Shown piece by piece: positions 1 through 15,000 of a stretch of 64,000 nt of DNA; the stretch's first letter is position 1, and every line of letters begins with the position of its first letter. Made by a program: the position numbers and the translations under genes. The stretch comes from Eledone cirrhosa (taxonomy: Eukaryota): contig OZ024740.1 of assembly GCA_964016885.1 (NCBI GenBank), forward strand, positions 13,206,001 to 13,270,000. Reading direction: 5' to 3'. The notes under the pieces are model-generated. The model saw only the letters and a list, made by a program, of their open reading frames with translations, searched no databases and had not been told where the DNA came from.

Positions 1-3000
1 GTTGTAGTGTAGTGTGGTGCTAGGTAAACCCTGAGTTTTAACACATACAGGTAGGTGTTGTAGTGTAGTGCTAGGTAAACCCTGAGTTTAACCAATACAG
101 GTAGGTGTTGTAGTGTAGTGCTAGGTTAACCCTGAGTTTTAACACATAAAGGTAGGTGTTGTAGTGTAGTGCTAGGTTAACCCAGAGTTTTAACACATAC
201 AGGTAGGTGTTGTAGTGTTAACCCAGAGTTTTAACACCTACAGGTAGGTGTTGTAGTGTAGTGTGGTGCTAGGTAAACCCTGAGTTTTAACACATACAGG
301 TAGGTGTTGTAGTGTAGTATGGTGCTAGGTAAACCCTGAGTTTTAACACATACAGGTAGGTGTTGTAGTGTAGTGTGGTGCTAGGTAAACCCTGAGTTTT
401 AACAGATACAGGTAGGTGTTGTAGTGTAGTGTGGTGCTAGGTAAACCCTTTGTTTTAACACATAGAGGTAGGTGTTGTAGTGTAGTGTGGTGCTAGGTAA
501 ACCCTGAGTTTTAACACATACAGGTAGGTGTTGTAGTGTAGTGCTAGGTAAACCCTGAGTTTAACACATACAGGTAGGTGTTGTAGTGTAGTGCTAGGTT
601 AACCCTGAGTTTTAACACATAAAGGTAGGTGTTGTAGTGTAGTGCTAGGTTAACCCAGAGTTTTAACACATACAGGTAGGTGTTGTAGTTAGGTTAACCC
701 AGAGTTTTAACACATACAGGTAGGTGTTGTAGTGTGGAGCTAGGTTAACCCAGAGTTTTAACACATACAGGTAGGTGTTGTAGTGTAGTGCTAGGTTAAC
801 ACAGAGTTTTAACACATACAGTAGGTATTGTAGTGTAGTGCTAGGTTAACCCAGAGATTTGACACATACAGGTATGTGTTGTAGTGTAGTGTGGTGCTAG
901 GTTAACCCAGATTTTTAACACTTACTGGTAGGTGTTGTAGTGTAGTGTGGTGCTAGGTTAACCCAGAGTTTAACACATACAGGCAGGTGTTTAGTGTAGT
1001 GTGGTGCTAGGTAAACCCTGAGTTTTAACTCATACAGGTAAGTATTGTAGTGTAGTGCTAGGTAAACCCAGTGTTTTAACACATACAGATAGGTATTGTA
1101 GTGTAGTGTAGTGCTAGGTTAACACAGAGTTTTAACACATACAGATAGGTATTTTAGTGTAGGGCTAGGTTAACACAGAGTTTTAACCCATACAGTAGGT
1201 ATTGTAGTGTAGTGCTAGGCTAAACCAGAGTTTTGACACATACAGGTAGGTGTTGTAGTGTAGTGTGGTGCTAGGTTAACCAAGAGTTTTAACACATAGA
1301 GGTAGGTGTTTGAGTGTAGTGCTAGGTTAACCCAGAGTTTTAAAACATACAGGTAGGTGTTGTATTTTAGTGCTAGGTTAACCCAGAGTTTTAACAATAT
1401 AAGTAGGTATTGTAGTGTAGTGCTAGGTTAACCCAGAGTTTAACACATACAGGTAGGTGTTGTAGTGTAGTGCTAGGTTACCCCAGAGTTTTAACACATA
1501 CAGGTAGGTATTGTAGTGTAGTGCTAGGTTAACCCAGAGTTTTAACACATAGAGGTAGGTGTTGTCGTGTAGTGCGGTGCTAGGTTAACCCAGAGTTTTA
1601 ACACATATAGGTCGGTTTTGTAGTGTGGTGCTAGGTTAACTCAGAGTTTTAACACATACAGGCAGGTGTTGTAGTGTAGTGCTAGGGTAACCCTGAGTCT
1701 TAACACATACAGATAGGTGTTGTAGTGTAGTGCTAGGTAACCCCTGAGTTTAACACATACAGGTAGGTGTTGTAGAGTAGTGCTAGGTTAACCCTGAGTT
1801 TTAACACATAGAGGTAGGTGTTGTAGTGTAGTGCTAGGTTAACCCAGAGTTTAACACCTACAGGTAGGTGTTGTAGTGTAGTGTTGTGCTAGGTAAACCC
1901 TGAGTTTTAAAACATACAGGTAGGTGTTGTAGTGTAGTGTGGTGCTAGGTAAACCCTGAGATTTAACACATACAGGTAGGTGTTGTAGTGTAGTGCTAGG
2001 TAAACCCTGAGTTTTAACACATACAGGTAGGTGTTGTAGTGTAGTGTGGTGTAAGGTAAACCCTTTGTTTTAACACATACAGGTAGGTGTTGTAGTGTAG
2101 TATGGTACTAGGTAAACCCTGAGTTTTAACACATACAGGTAGGTGTTGTAGTGTAGTGTGGTGCTAGGTAAACCCTGAGTTTTAACAGATACAGGTAGGT
2201 GTTGTAGTGTAGTGTGGTGCTAGGTAAACCCTTTGTTTTAACACATACAGGTAGGTGTTGTAGTGTAGTGTGCTGCTAGGTAAACCCTGAGTTTTAACAC
2301 ATACAGGTAGGTGTTGTAGTGTAGTGCTAGGTAAACCCTGAGTTTAACACATACAGGTAGGTGTTGTAGTGTAGTGCTAGGTTAACCCTGAGTTTTAACA
2401 CATACAGGTAGGTGTTGTAGTGTAGTGTGGTGCTAGATTAACCCAGAGTTTTAACACATACAGATAGGTGTTGTAGTGTAGTGCTAGGTTAATCCAGAGT
2501 TTTAACACATACAGTAGGTATTGTAGTGTAGTGCTAGGTTAACACAGAGTTTTAACACATACAGGTAGGTATTTTAGTGTAGTGCTAGGTTAACACAGAG
2601 TTTTAAATCATACAGTAGGTAATGTAGTGTAGCGCTAGGCTAACCCAGAGTTTTGACACATACAGGTAGGTGTTGTAGTGTAGTGTGGTGCTAGGTTAAC
2701 CAAGAGTTTTAACACATAGAGGTAGGTGTTTTAGTGTAGTGCTAGGTCAACCCAGAGTTTTAACACATACAGGTAGGTGTTGTATTGTAGTGATAGGTTA
2801 ACCCAGAGTTTTAACAATATAAGTAGGTATTGTAGTGTAGTGCTATGTTAACCCTGAGTTTAATACATACAGGTAGGTGCTGTAGTGTAGTGCTAGGTTA
2901 CCCCAGAGTTTTAACACATACAGGTAGGTATTGTAGTGTAGTGTTAGGTTAATCCTGAGTTTTAACGCATACAGTTAGGTGTTGTAGTGTAGTTCTTGGT

Positions 3001-6000
3001 AAACCCTGAGTTTAACACATACAGGTAGGTGTTGTAGTGTAGTGCTAGGTTAACCCTGAGTTTTAACACATAGAGGTATGTGTTGTAGTGTGGTGCTAGG
3101 TTAACCCAGAGATTTAACACATACAGGTAGGTGTTGTAGTGTAGTGCTAGGTTAACCCAGAGTTTTAAAACATACAGGTAGGGATTTTATTGTAGTGATA
3201 GGTTAACCCAGAGTTTTAAAACAGACAGGTAGGTATTTTAGTGTAGTTCAAGGTTAACACAGAGTTTTAACACATACAGGAAGGTGTTGTAGTGTAGTGC
3301 CAGGTTAACTCAGAGTTTTACCAAATACAGGTAAGTGTTGTAGTGTAGTGCAAGGTTAATCCAGAGTTTTACCACATACAGTTATGTGTTGTATTGTAGT
3401 GCTAGGTTAACCCAGAGTTTTAACACATACAGGTAGGTATTGTAGTGTAGTGCTAGGTTAACCCAGAGTTTTAACACATAAAGGTAGGTGTTGTAGTGTA
3501 GTGCTAGGTTAACTCAGAGTTTTAACACATACAGGTAGGTGTCGTAGTGTTGTGTGGTGCTAGGTTAACCCAGAGTTTTAACACTTACAGGTAGGTGTTG
3601 TAGTGTAGTGTGGTGCTAGGTTAACCCAGAGTTTAACACATACAGGCAGGTGTTTTGTGTAGTGTGGTGCTAAGTAACCCCTGGGCTTTAACTCATACAG
3701 GTAGGTATTGTTGTGTAGTGCTAGGTAAACCCAGTGTTTTAACACATACAAGTAGGTATTGTAGTGTAGTGTGGTGCTAGGTAGACCCTGAGTTTTAACA
3801 CATACAGGTAGGTATTGTAGTGTAGTACTAGGTTAACCCAGAGTTTTAACACATACAGTTAGGTGTTGTAGTGTAGTGCTAGGTTAACCCAGAGTTTTAA
3901 CACATACAGGTAGGTGTTGTAGTGTAGTGTTGTGCTAGGTAAACCCTGAGTTTTAACACACAAAAGTTGGTGTTCTAGTGTAGTGTGTTGCTAGGTAAAT
4001 CCTTAATTTTAACACATATAAGTAGGTGTTGTAGTGTAGTGCTAGGTTAATCCAGAGTTTAGCAGATACAGTTAGGTGTTGTAGTGTAGTGTAGTTCTAG
4101 GTTAACACAGAGTTTTAACACATACAGGTAGGTGTTGTAGTGTAGTGTAGTGCTAGGTTAACCCAGAGTTTTAATACATACAGGTAGGTGTTGTAGTGTA
4201 GTGCTAGTTTAACACAGAGTTTTAACACATACAGGTAGGTGTTGAAGTGTAGTGCTATGTTAACCCAGAGTTTTAACACATAGAGGTAGGTGTTGTAGTG
4301 TAGTGCTAGGTTAACCCAGAGTTTTAACACATACAGGTAGGTATTGTAGTGTAGTGCTATGTTAACCCAGAGTTTTAACACATACAGGTAGGTGTTGTAG
4401 TGTAGTGCTAGGTTAACCCAGAGTTTTAACACCTACAGTTAGGTGTTGTAGTGTAGTGTGGTGCTAGGTAAACCCTGAGTTTTAACACATACAGGTAGGT
4501 GTTGTAGTGTAGTATGGTGCTAGGTAAACCCTGAGTTTTAACACATACAGGTAGGTGTTGTAGTGTAGTGTGGTGCTAGGTAAACCCTGAGTTTTAACAG
4601 ATACAGGTAGCTGTTGTAGTGTAGTGTGGTGCTAGGTAACCCCTTTGTTTTAACACATACAGGTAGGTGTTGTAGTGTAGTGTGGTGCTAGGTAAACCCT
4701 GAGTTTTAACACATACAGGTAGGTGTTGTAGTGTAGTGTGGTGCTAGGTAAACCCTGAGTTTTAACAGATGCAGGTAGGTGTTGTAGTGTAGTGTGGTGC
4801 TAGGTAAACCCTTTGTTTTAACACATACAGGTAGGTGTTGTAGTGTAGTGTGGTGCTAGGTAAACCCTGAGTTTTAACACATACAGGTAGGTGTTGTAGT
4901 GTAGTGCTAGGTAAACCCTGAGTTTAACACATACAGGTAGGTGTTGTAGTGTAGTGCTAGGTTAATCCTGAGTTTTAACACATAAAGGTAGGTGTTGTAG
5001 TGTAGTGCTAGGTTAACCCAGAGTTTTAACACATACAGTTAGGTGTTGTAGTGTAGTTTGGTGCTAGATTAACCCAGAGATTTAACACATACAGGTAGGT
5101 GTTGTATTGTGGTGCTAAGTTAACCCAGAGTTTTAACACATACAGGTAGGTGTTGTAGTGTAGTGCTAGGTTAACGCTGAGTTTTAACACATACATGTAG
5201 GTGTTGTAGTGTAGTGCTAGGTAAACCCTGAGTTTAACACATACAGGTAGGTGTTGTAGTGTAGTGCTAGGTTAACCCTGAGTTTTAACACATAGAGGTA
5301 GGTGTTGTAGTGTAGTGCTAGGTTAACCCTGAGTTTTAACACCTACAGGTAAGTGTTGTAGTGTAGTGTGGTGCTAGGTAAACCCTGAGTTTTAACACAT
5401 ACAGGTAGGTGTTGTAGTGTAGTGTGTTGCTTGGTAAACCCTGAGTTTTAACACATACAGGTAGGTGTTGTAGTGTAGTGTGGTGCTAGGTAAACCCACA
5501 GTTTTAACACATACAGGTAGGTGTTGTAGTGTAGTGCTAGGTTAACACAGAGTTTTAACACATACAGGTAGGCATTGTAGTATAGTGCTAGGTTAACCCA
5601 GAGTTTTAACACATACAGGTAGGTATTGTATTGTAGTGCTAGGTTAACCCAGAGTTTTAACACATACAGGTAGGTGTCGTAGTCTAGTGTGGTGCTAGGT
5701 TAACCCAGAGTTTTAACACATACAGGTAGGTGTTGTAGTGTAGTGCTAGATTAACCCAGAGTTTTAACACATACAGGTAGGTGTTGTAGTGTAGTGCTAG
5801 GTTAACCCAGAGTTTTAACACATACAGGTAGGTGTTGTAGTGTAGCGCTATGTTAACCCAGAATTTATACACATAGAGGTAGGTGTTGTAGTGTAGTGTA
5901 GTGCTAGGTTAACCCAGAGTTTTAACACATACAGGAAGGTATTGTAGTGTTGTGCTAGGTTAACCCAGAGTTTTAAAACATACAGGTAGGTGTTGTAGTG

Positions 6001-9000
6001 TAGTGCTAGTTTAACCCAAAGTTTTAACAGATACAGGTAGGTGTTGTAGTGTAGTGCTAGGTTAACCCTGCGTTTTAACACATACATGTAGGTATTGTAG
6101 TGTAGTGCTAGGTTAACCCAGAGTTTTAACACATACAGGTAGGTGTTGTAGTGTGGTGCTAGGCAAACCTAGAGTTTTAACACATACAGGTATGTATTGT
6201 AGTGTAGTGCTAGGTTAACCCAGACTTTTAACACATACATGTAGGTGTTGTAGTGTAGTGCTAGGTTAACCCAGAGTTTTAACACATACAGTTAGTTGTT
6301 GTAGTGTAGTGTGGTACTAGGTTAACCCTGAGTTTTAAAACATACAGGAAGGTATTGTAGTGTTGTGCTAGGTTAACCCAGAGTTTTAACACATACAGGT
6401 AGGTATTCTAGTGTAGTGCTAAGTTAACCCAGAGTTTTAACACATATAGTAGGTATTGTAGTGTAGTGCTAGGTTAACACAGAGTTTTAACACATACAGG
6501 TAGGTATTTTAGTGTAGTGCTAGGTTAACCCAGAGTTTCAACACATACAGGTAGGTGTTGTAGTGTAGTGATAGGTTAACCCTGAGTTTTAACACATAGA
6601 GGTAGGTGTTGTAGTGTAGTGCTAGGTTAACCCAGAGTTTTAACACATACAGGTAGGTGTTGTCGTGTAGTGCGGTGCTAGGTTAACCCAGAGTTTTAAC
6701 ACATATAGGTCGGTTTTGTAGTGTGGTGCTAGGTTAACTCAGAGTTTTAACACATACAGGCAGGTGTTGTAGTGTAGTGCTAGGGTAACCCTGAGTCTTA
6801 ACACATACAGATAGGTGTTGTAGTGTAGTGCTAGGTAAACCCTGAGTTTAACACATATAGGTAGGTGTTGTAGAGTAGTGCTAGGTTAACCCTGAGTTTT
6901 AACACATAGAGGTAGGTGTTGTAGTGTAGTGCTAGGTTAACCCAGAGTTTAACACCTACAGGTAGGTGTTGTAGTGTGGTGTTGTGCTAGGTAAACCCTG
7001 AGTTTTAAAACATACAGGTAGGTGTTGTAGTGTAGTGTGGTGCTAGGTAAACCCTGAGATTTAACACATACAGGTAGGTGTTGTAGTGTAGTGCTAGGTA
7101 AACCCTGAGTTTTAACACATACAGGTAGGTGTTGTAGTGTAGTGTGGTGTAAGGTAAACCCAGAGTTTTAACACATACAGGTAGGTGTTGTAGTGTAGTA
7201 TGGTACTAGGTAAACCCTGACTTTTAACAGATACAGGTAGGTGTTGTAGTGTAGTGTGGTGCTAGGTAAACCCTTTGTTTTAACACATACAGGTAGGTGT
7301 TGTAGTGTAGTGTGCTGCTAGGTAAACCCTGAGTTTTAACACATACAGGTAGGTGTTGTAGTGTAGTGCTAGGTAAACCCTGAGTTTAACACATACAGGT
7401 AGGTGTTGTAGTGTAGTGCTAGGTTAACCCTGAGTTTTAACACATACAGGTAGGTGTTGTAGTGTAGTGTGGTGCTAGATTAACCCAGAGTTTTAACACA
7501 TACAGATAGGTGTTGTAGTGTAGTGCTAGGTTAATCCAGAGTTTTAACACATACAGTAGGTATTGTAGTGTAGTGCTAGGTTAACACAGAGTTTTAACAC
7601 ATACAGGTAGGTATTTTAGTGTAGTGCTAGGTTAACACAGAGTTTTAACACATACAGTAGGTAATGTAGTGTAGCGCTAGGCTAACCCAGAGTTTTGACA
7701 CATACAGGTAGGTGTTGTATTGTAGTGTGGTGCTAGGTTAACCAAGAGTTTTAACACATAGAAGTAGGTGTTTTAGTGTAGTGCTAGGTCAACCCAGAGT
7801 TTTAACACATACAGGTAGGTGTTGTATTGTAGTGCTAGGTTAACCCAGAGTTTTAACAATATAAGTAGGTATTGTAGTGTAGTGCTATGTTAACCCTGAG
7901 TTTAACACATACAGGTAGGTGTTGTATTGTAGTGCTAGGTTAACCCAGAGTTTTAAAACATACAGGTAGGGATTTTATTGTAGTGATAGGTTAACCCAGA
8001 GTTTTAAAACATACAGGTAGGTATTGTAGTGTAGTTCAAGGTTAACACAGAGTTTTACCACACACAGGAAGGTGTTGTAGTGTAGTGTTAGGTTAATCCT
8101 GAGTTTTAACGCATACAGGTAGGTGTTGTAGTGTAGTTCTTGGTAAACCCTGAGTTTAACACATACAGGTAGGTGTTGTAGTGTAGCGCTAGGTTAACCC
8201 TGAGTTTTAACACATAGAGGTATGTGTTGTAGTGTAGTGCTAGGTTAACCCAGAGTTTTAACACATACAGGTAGGTGTTGTAGTGTAGTGTGGTGCTAGG
8301 TTAACCCAGAGATTTAACACATACAGGTAGGTGTTGTAGTGTAGTGCTAGGTTAACCCAGAGTTTTAAAACATACAGGTAGGGATTTTATTGTAGTGATA
8401 GGTTAACCCAGAGTTTTAAAACATACAGGTAGGTATTGTAGTGTAGTTCAAGGTTAACACAGAGTTTTAACACACACAGGAAGGTGTTGTAGTGTAGTGC
8501 CAGGTTAACTCAGAGTTTTACCAAATACAGGTAAGTGTTGTAGTGTAGTGCAAGGTTAATCCAGAGTTTTACCACATACAGGTATGTGTTGTATTGTAGT
8601 GCTAGGTTAACCCAGAGTTTAGCAGATACCGTTAGGTGTTGTAGTGTAGTGTAGTTCTAGGTTAACACAGAGTTTTAACACATACAGGTAGGTGTTGTAG
8701 TGTAGTGTAGTGCTAGGTTAACCCAGAGTTTTAATACATACAGGTAGGTGTTGTAGTGTATTGCTAGGTTAACCCAGAGTTTAAACACATACAGGTAGGT
8801 GTTGTAGTGTAGTGCTAGTTTAACACAGAGTTTTAACACATACAGGTAGGTGTTGAAGTGTAGTGCTATGTTAACCCAGAGTTTTAACACATAGAGGTAG
8901 GTGTTGTAGTGTAGTGCTAGGTTAACCCAGAGTTTTAACACATACAGGTAGGTATTGTAGTGTAGTACTAGGTTAAGCCAGAGTTTTAAAACATACAGGT

Positions 9001-12000
9001 AGGTGTTGTAGTGTAGTGCTAGGTTAACCCAGAGTTTTAACTCATACAGGTAGGTATTGTAGTGTAGTGCTAGGTTAACTCAGAGTTTTAACACATACAG
9101 TAGGTATTGTAGTGTAGTGCTAGGTTAACCCTAGGTTTGAACACATAGAGGTAGGTGTTGTAGTGTAGTGCTAGGTTAACCCAGAGTTTTAACACATACA
9201 GGTAGGTGTTGTAGTGTAGTGTGGTGCTAGGTTAACCCAGAGTTTTAACACATATAGGTAGGTGTTGTAGTGTGGTGCTAGGTTAACCAAGAGTTTTAAC
9301 ACATACAGGCAGGTGTTGTAGTGTAGTGCTAGGTAAACCCTGAGTTTAACACATACAGGTAGGTGTTGTAGAGTAGTGCTAGGTTAACCCTGAGTTTTAA
9401 CACATAGAGGTAGGTGTTGTAGTGTGGTGCTAGGGTAACCCTCAGTTTAAACACACAGATAGGTGTTGTAGTGTAGTGCTAGGTAAACCCTGAGTTTAAC
9501 ACATACAGGTAGGTGTTGTAGTGTAGTGCTAGGTTAACCCAGAGTTTTAACACCTACAGTTAGGTGTTGTAGTGTAGTGTGGTGCTAGGTAAACCCTGAG
9601 TTTTAACACATACAGGTAGGTGTTGTAGTGTAGTATGGTGCTAGGTAAACCCTGAGTTTTAACACATACAGGTAGGTGTTGTAGTGTAGTGTGGTGCTAG
9701 GTAAACCCTGAGTTTTAACAGATACAGGTAGCTGTTGTAGTGTAGTGTGGTGCTAGGTAACCCCTTTGTTTTAACACATACAGGTAGGTGTTGTAGTGTA
9801 GTGTGGTGCTATGTAAACCCTGAGTTTTAACACATACAGGTAGGTATTGTAGTGTAGTGCTAGGTAAACCCTGAGTTTAAAACATACAGGTAGGTGTTGT
9901 AGTGTAGTGCTAGGTTAATCCTGAGTTTTAACACATAAAGGTAGGTGTTATAGTGTAGTGCTAGGTTAACCCAGAGTTTTAACACATACAGTTAGGTGTT
10001 GTAGTGTAGTGTGGTGCTAGATTAACCCAGAGTTTTAACACATACAGGTAAGTGTTGTATTGTGGTGCTAAGTTAACCCAGAGTTTTAACACATACAGGT
10101 AGGTGTTGTAGTGTAGTGCTAGGTTAACGCTGAGTTTTAACACATACATGTAGGTGTTGTAGTGTAGTGCTAGGTAAACCCTGAGTTTAACACATACAGG
10201 TAGGTGTTGTAGTGTAGTGCTAGGTTAACCCTGAGTTTTAACACATAGAGGTAGGTGTTGTAGTGTAGTGCTAGGTTAACCCTGAGTTTTAACTCCTACA
10301 GGTAAGTGTTGTAGTGTAGTGTGGTGCTAGGTAAACCCTGAGTTTTAACACATACAGGTAGGTGTTGTAGTGTAGTGTGGTGCTTGGTAAACCCTGAGTT
10401 TTAACACATACAGGTAGGTGTTGTAGTGTAGTGTGGTGCTAGGTAAACCCTGAGTTTTAACACATACAGGTAGGTGTTGTATTGTAGTGTGGTGCCAGGT
10501 AAACCCTGAGTTTTAACACATACAGGTAGGTATTGTAATGTAGTGCTAGGTTTAACCTGAGTTTTAACACATACATGTAGGTGTTGTAGTGTAGTGCTGG
10601 GTTAACCCAGAGTGTTAACACATACAGGTAGGTGTTGTAGTGTAGTGCTAGGTTAACCCACAGTTTTAACACATACAGGTAGGTGTTGTAGTGTAGTGCT
10701 AGGTTAACACAGAGTTTTAACACACACAGGTAGGCATTGTAGTATAGTGCTAGGTTAACCCAGGGTTTTAACACATACAGGTAGGTATTGTATTGTAGTG
10801 CTATGTTAACCCAGAGTTTTAACACATACAGGTAGGTGTCGTAGTCTAGTGTGGTGCTAGGTTAACCCAGAGTTTTAACACATACAGGTAGGTGTTGTAG
10901 TGTAGTGCTAGATTAACCCAGAGTTTTAACACATACAGGTAGGTGTTGTAGTGTAGTGCTAGGTTAACTCAGAGTTTTAACACATACAGGTAGGTGTTGT
11001 AGTGTAGCGCTATGTTAACCCAGAATTTATACACATAGAGGTAGGTGTTGTAGTGTAGTGTAGTGCTAGGTTAACCCAGAATGTTAACATATACAGGAAG
11101 GTATTGTAGTGTTGTGCTAGGTTAACCCAGAGTTTTAAAACATACAGGTAGGTGTTGTAGTGTAGTGCTAGTTTAACCCAAAGTTTTAACAGATACATGT
11201 AGGTGTTGTAGTGTAGTGCTAGGTTAACCCTGCGTTTTAACACATACAGGTAGGTATTGTAGTGTAGTGCTAGGTTAACCCAGAGTTTTAACACATACAG
11301 GTAGGTGTTGTAGTGTGGTGCTAGGCAAACCTAGAGTTTTAACACATACAGGTATGTATTGTAGTGTAGTGCTAGGTTAACCCAGAGTTTTAACACATAC
11401 ATGTAGGTGTTGTAGTGTAGTGCTACGTTAACCCAGAGTTTTAACACATACAGTTAGTTGTTGTAGTGTAGTGTGGTGCTAGGTTAACCCTGAGTTTTAA
11501 AACATACAGGAAGGTATTGTAGTGTTGTGCTAGGTTAACCCAGAGTTTTAACACATACAGGTAGGTATTGTAGTGTAGTGCTAGGTTAACCCAGAGTTTT
11601 AACACATACAGGTAGGTGTTGTAGTGTAGTGATAGGTTAACCCTGAGTTTTAACACATAGAGGTAGGTGTTGTAGTGCAGTGCTAGGTTAACCCAGAGTT
11701 TTAACACATACAGGTAGGTGTCGTAGTCTAGTGTGGTGCTAGGTATACCCTGAGTTTTAACACATACAGGTAGGTGTTGTAGTGTAGTGTGGTGCTAGGT
11801 AAACCCTGAGTTTTAACACATACAGGTAGGTGTTGTAGTGTAGTGTGGTGCTAGGTAAACCCTGAGTTTTAACACATACAGGAAGGTGTTGTAGTGTAGT
11901 GTGGTGCTAGGTTAACCCAGAGTTTTAACACATACAGTTAGGTGTTGTAGTGTTGTACTAGGTTAACCCAGAGTTTTAACACATACAGGTAGGTGTTGTA

Positions 12001-15000
12001 GTGTAGTGTAGTGCTAGGTTAACCCAGAGTTTTAATACATACAGGTAGGTGTTGTAGTGTAGTGTTAGGTTAACCCAGAGTTTTAACACATACAGGTAGG
12101 TGTTGTAGTGTAGTGCTAGGTTAACCCAGAGTTTTAACACATACAGGTAGGTGTTGTAGTGTAGTGTGGTGCTAGGTAAACCCTGAGTTTTAACAGATAC
12201 AGGTAGCTGTTGTAGTGTAGTGTGGTGCTAGGTAACCCCTTTGTTTTAACACATACAGGTAGGTGTTGTAGTGTAGTGTGGTGCTATGTAAACCCTGAGT
12301 TTTAACACATACAGGTAGGTATTGTAGTGTAGTGCTAGGCAAACCCTGAGTTTAAAACATACAGGTAGGTGTTGTAGTGTAGTGCTAGGTTAATCCTGAG
12401 TTTTAACACATAAAGGTAGGTGTTATAGTGTAGTGCTAGGTTAACCCAGAGTTTTAACACATACAGTTAGGTGTTGTAGTGTAGTGTGGTGCTAGATTAA
12501 CCCAGAGTTTTAACACATACAGGTAGGTGTTGTATTGTGGTGCTAAGTTAACCCAGAGTTTTAACACATACAGGTAGGTGTTGTAGTGTAGTGCTAGGTT
12601 AACGCTGAGTTTTAACACATACATGTAGGTGTTGTAGTGTAGTGCTAGGTAAACCCTGAGTTTAACACATACAGGTAGGTGTTGTAGTGTAGTGCTAGGT
12701 TAACCCTCAGTTTTAACACATAGAGGTAGGTGTTGTAGTGTAGTGCTAGGTTAACCCTGAGTTTTAACTCCTACAGGTAAGTGTTGTAGTGTAGTGTGGT
12801 GCTAGGTAAACCCTGAGTTTTAACACATACAGGTAGGTGTTGTAGTGTAGTGTGGTGCTTGGTAAACCCTGAGTTTTAACACATACAGGTAGGTGTTGTA
12901 GTGTAGTGTGGTGCTAGGTAAACCCTGAGTTTTAACACATACAGGTAGGTGTTGTATTGTAGTGTGGTGCCAGGTAAACCCTGAGTTTTAACACATACAG
13001 GTAGGTATTGTAATGTAGTGCTAGGTTTAACCTGAGTTTTAACACATACATGTAGGTGTTGTAGTGTAGTGCTGGGTTAACCCAGAGTGTTAACACATAC
13101 AGGTAGGTGTTGTAGTGTAGTGCTAGGTTAACCCACAGTTTTAACACATACAGGTAGGTGTTGTAGTGTAGTGCTAGGTTAACACAGAGTTTTAACACAT
13201 ACAGGTAGGCATTGTAGTATAGTGCTAGGTTAACCCAGGGTTTTAACACATACAGGTAGGTATTGTATTGTAGTGCTATGTTAACCCAGAGTTTTAACAC
13301 ATACAGGTAGGTGTCGTAGTCTAGTGTGGTGCTAGGTTAACCCAGAGTTTTAACACATACAGGTAGGTGTTGTAGTGTAGTGCTAGATTAACCCAGAGTT
13401 TTAACACATACAGGTAGGTGTTGTAGTGTAGTGCTAGGTTAACTCAGAGTTTTAACACATACAGGTAGGTGTTGTAGTGTAGCGCTATGTTAACCCAGAA
13501 TTTATACACATAGAGGTAGGTGTTGTAGTGTAGTGTAGTGCTAGGTTAACCCAGAGTTTTAACACATACAGGAAGGTATTGTAGTGTTGTGCTAGGTTAA
13601 CCCAGAGTTTTAAAACATACAGGTAGGTGTTGTAGTGTAGTGCTAGTTTAACCCAAAGTTTTAACAGATACAGGTAGGTGTTGTAGTGTAGTGCTAGGTT
13701 AACCCTGCGTTTTAACACATACAGGTAGGTATTGTAGTGTAGTGCTAGGTTAACCCAGAGTTTTAACACATACAGGTAGGTGTTGTAGTGTGGTGCTAGG
13801 CAAACCTAGAGTTTTAACACATACAGGTATGTATTGTAGTGTAGTGCTAGGTTAACCCAGAGTTTTAACACATACATGTAGGTGTTGTAGTGTAGTGTGG
13901 TGCTAGGTTAACCCTGAGTTTTAAAACATACAGGAAGGTATTGTAGTGTTGTGCTAGGTTAACCCAGAGTTTTAACACATACAGGTAGGTATTGTAGTGT
14001 AGTGCTAGGTTAACCCAGAGTTTTAACACATACAGGTAGGTGTTGTAGTGTAGTGATAGGTTAACCCTGAGTTTTAACACATAGAGGTAGGTGTTGTAGT
14101 GCAGTGCTAGGTTAACCCAGAGTTTTAACACATACAGGTAGGTGTCGTAGTCTAGTGTGGTGCTAGGTATACCCTGAGTTTTAACACATACAGGTAGGTG
14201 TTGTAGTGTAGTGTGGTGCTAGGTAAACCCTGAGTTTTAACACATACAGGTAGGTGTTGTAGTGAAGTGTGGTGCTAGGTAAACCCTGAGTTTTAACACA
14301 TACAGGAAGGTGTTGTAGTGTAGTGTGGTGCTAGGTTAACCCAGAGTTTTAACACATACAGTTAGGTGTTGTAGTGTTGTACTAGGTTAACCCAGAGTTT
14401 TAACACATACAGGTAGGTGTTGTAGTGTAGTGTAGTGCTAGGTTAACCCAGAGTTTTAATACATACAGGTAGGTGTTGTAGTGTAGTGTTAGGTTAACCC
14501 AGAGTTTTAACACATACAGGTAGGTGTTGTAGTGTAGTGCTAGGTTAAACCAGAGTTTTAACACATACAGGTAGGTGTTGTAGTGTAGTGCTATGTTAAC
14601 CCAGAATTTATACACATAGAGGTAGGTGTTGTAGTGTTGTGCTAGGTTAACCCAGAGTTTTAAAACATACAGGTAGGTGTTGTAGTGTAGTGTGGTGCTA
14701 GATTAACCCAGAGTTTTAACACATACAGGTAGGTGTTGTATTGTGGTGCTAAGTTAACCCTGAGTTTTAACACATAGAGGTAGGTGTTGTAGTGTGGTGC
14801 TAGGGTAACCCTCAGTTTAAACACACAGATAGGTGTTGTAGTGTAGTGCTAGGTAAACCCTGAGTTTAACACATACAGGTAGGTGTTGTAGTGTAGTGCT
14901 AGGTTAACCCAGAGTTTTAACACCTACAGTTAGGTGTTGTAGTGTAGTGTGGTGCTAGGTAAACCCTGAGTTTTAACACATAGAGGTAGGTGTTGTAGTG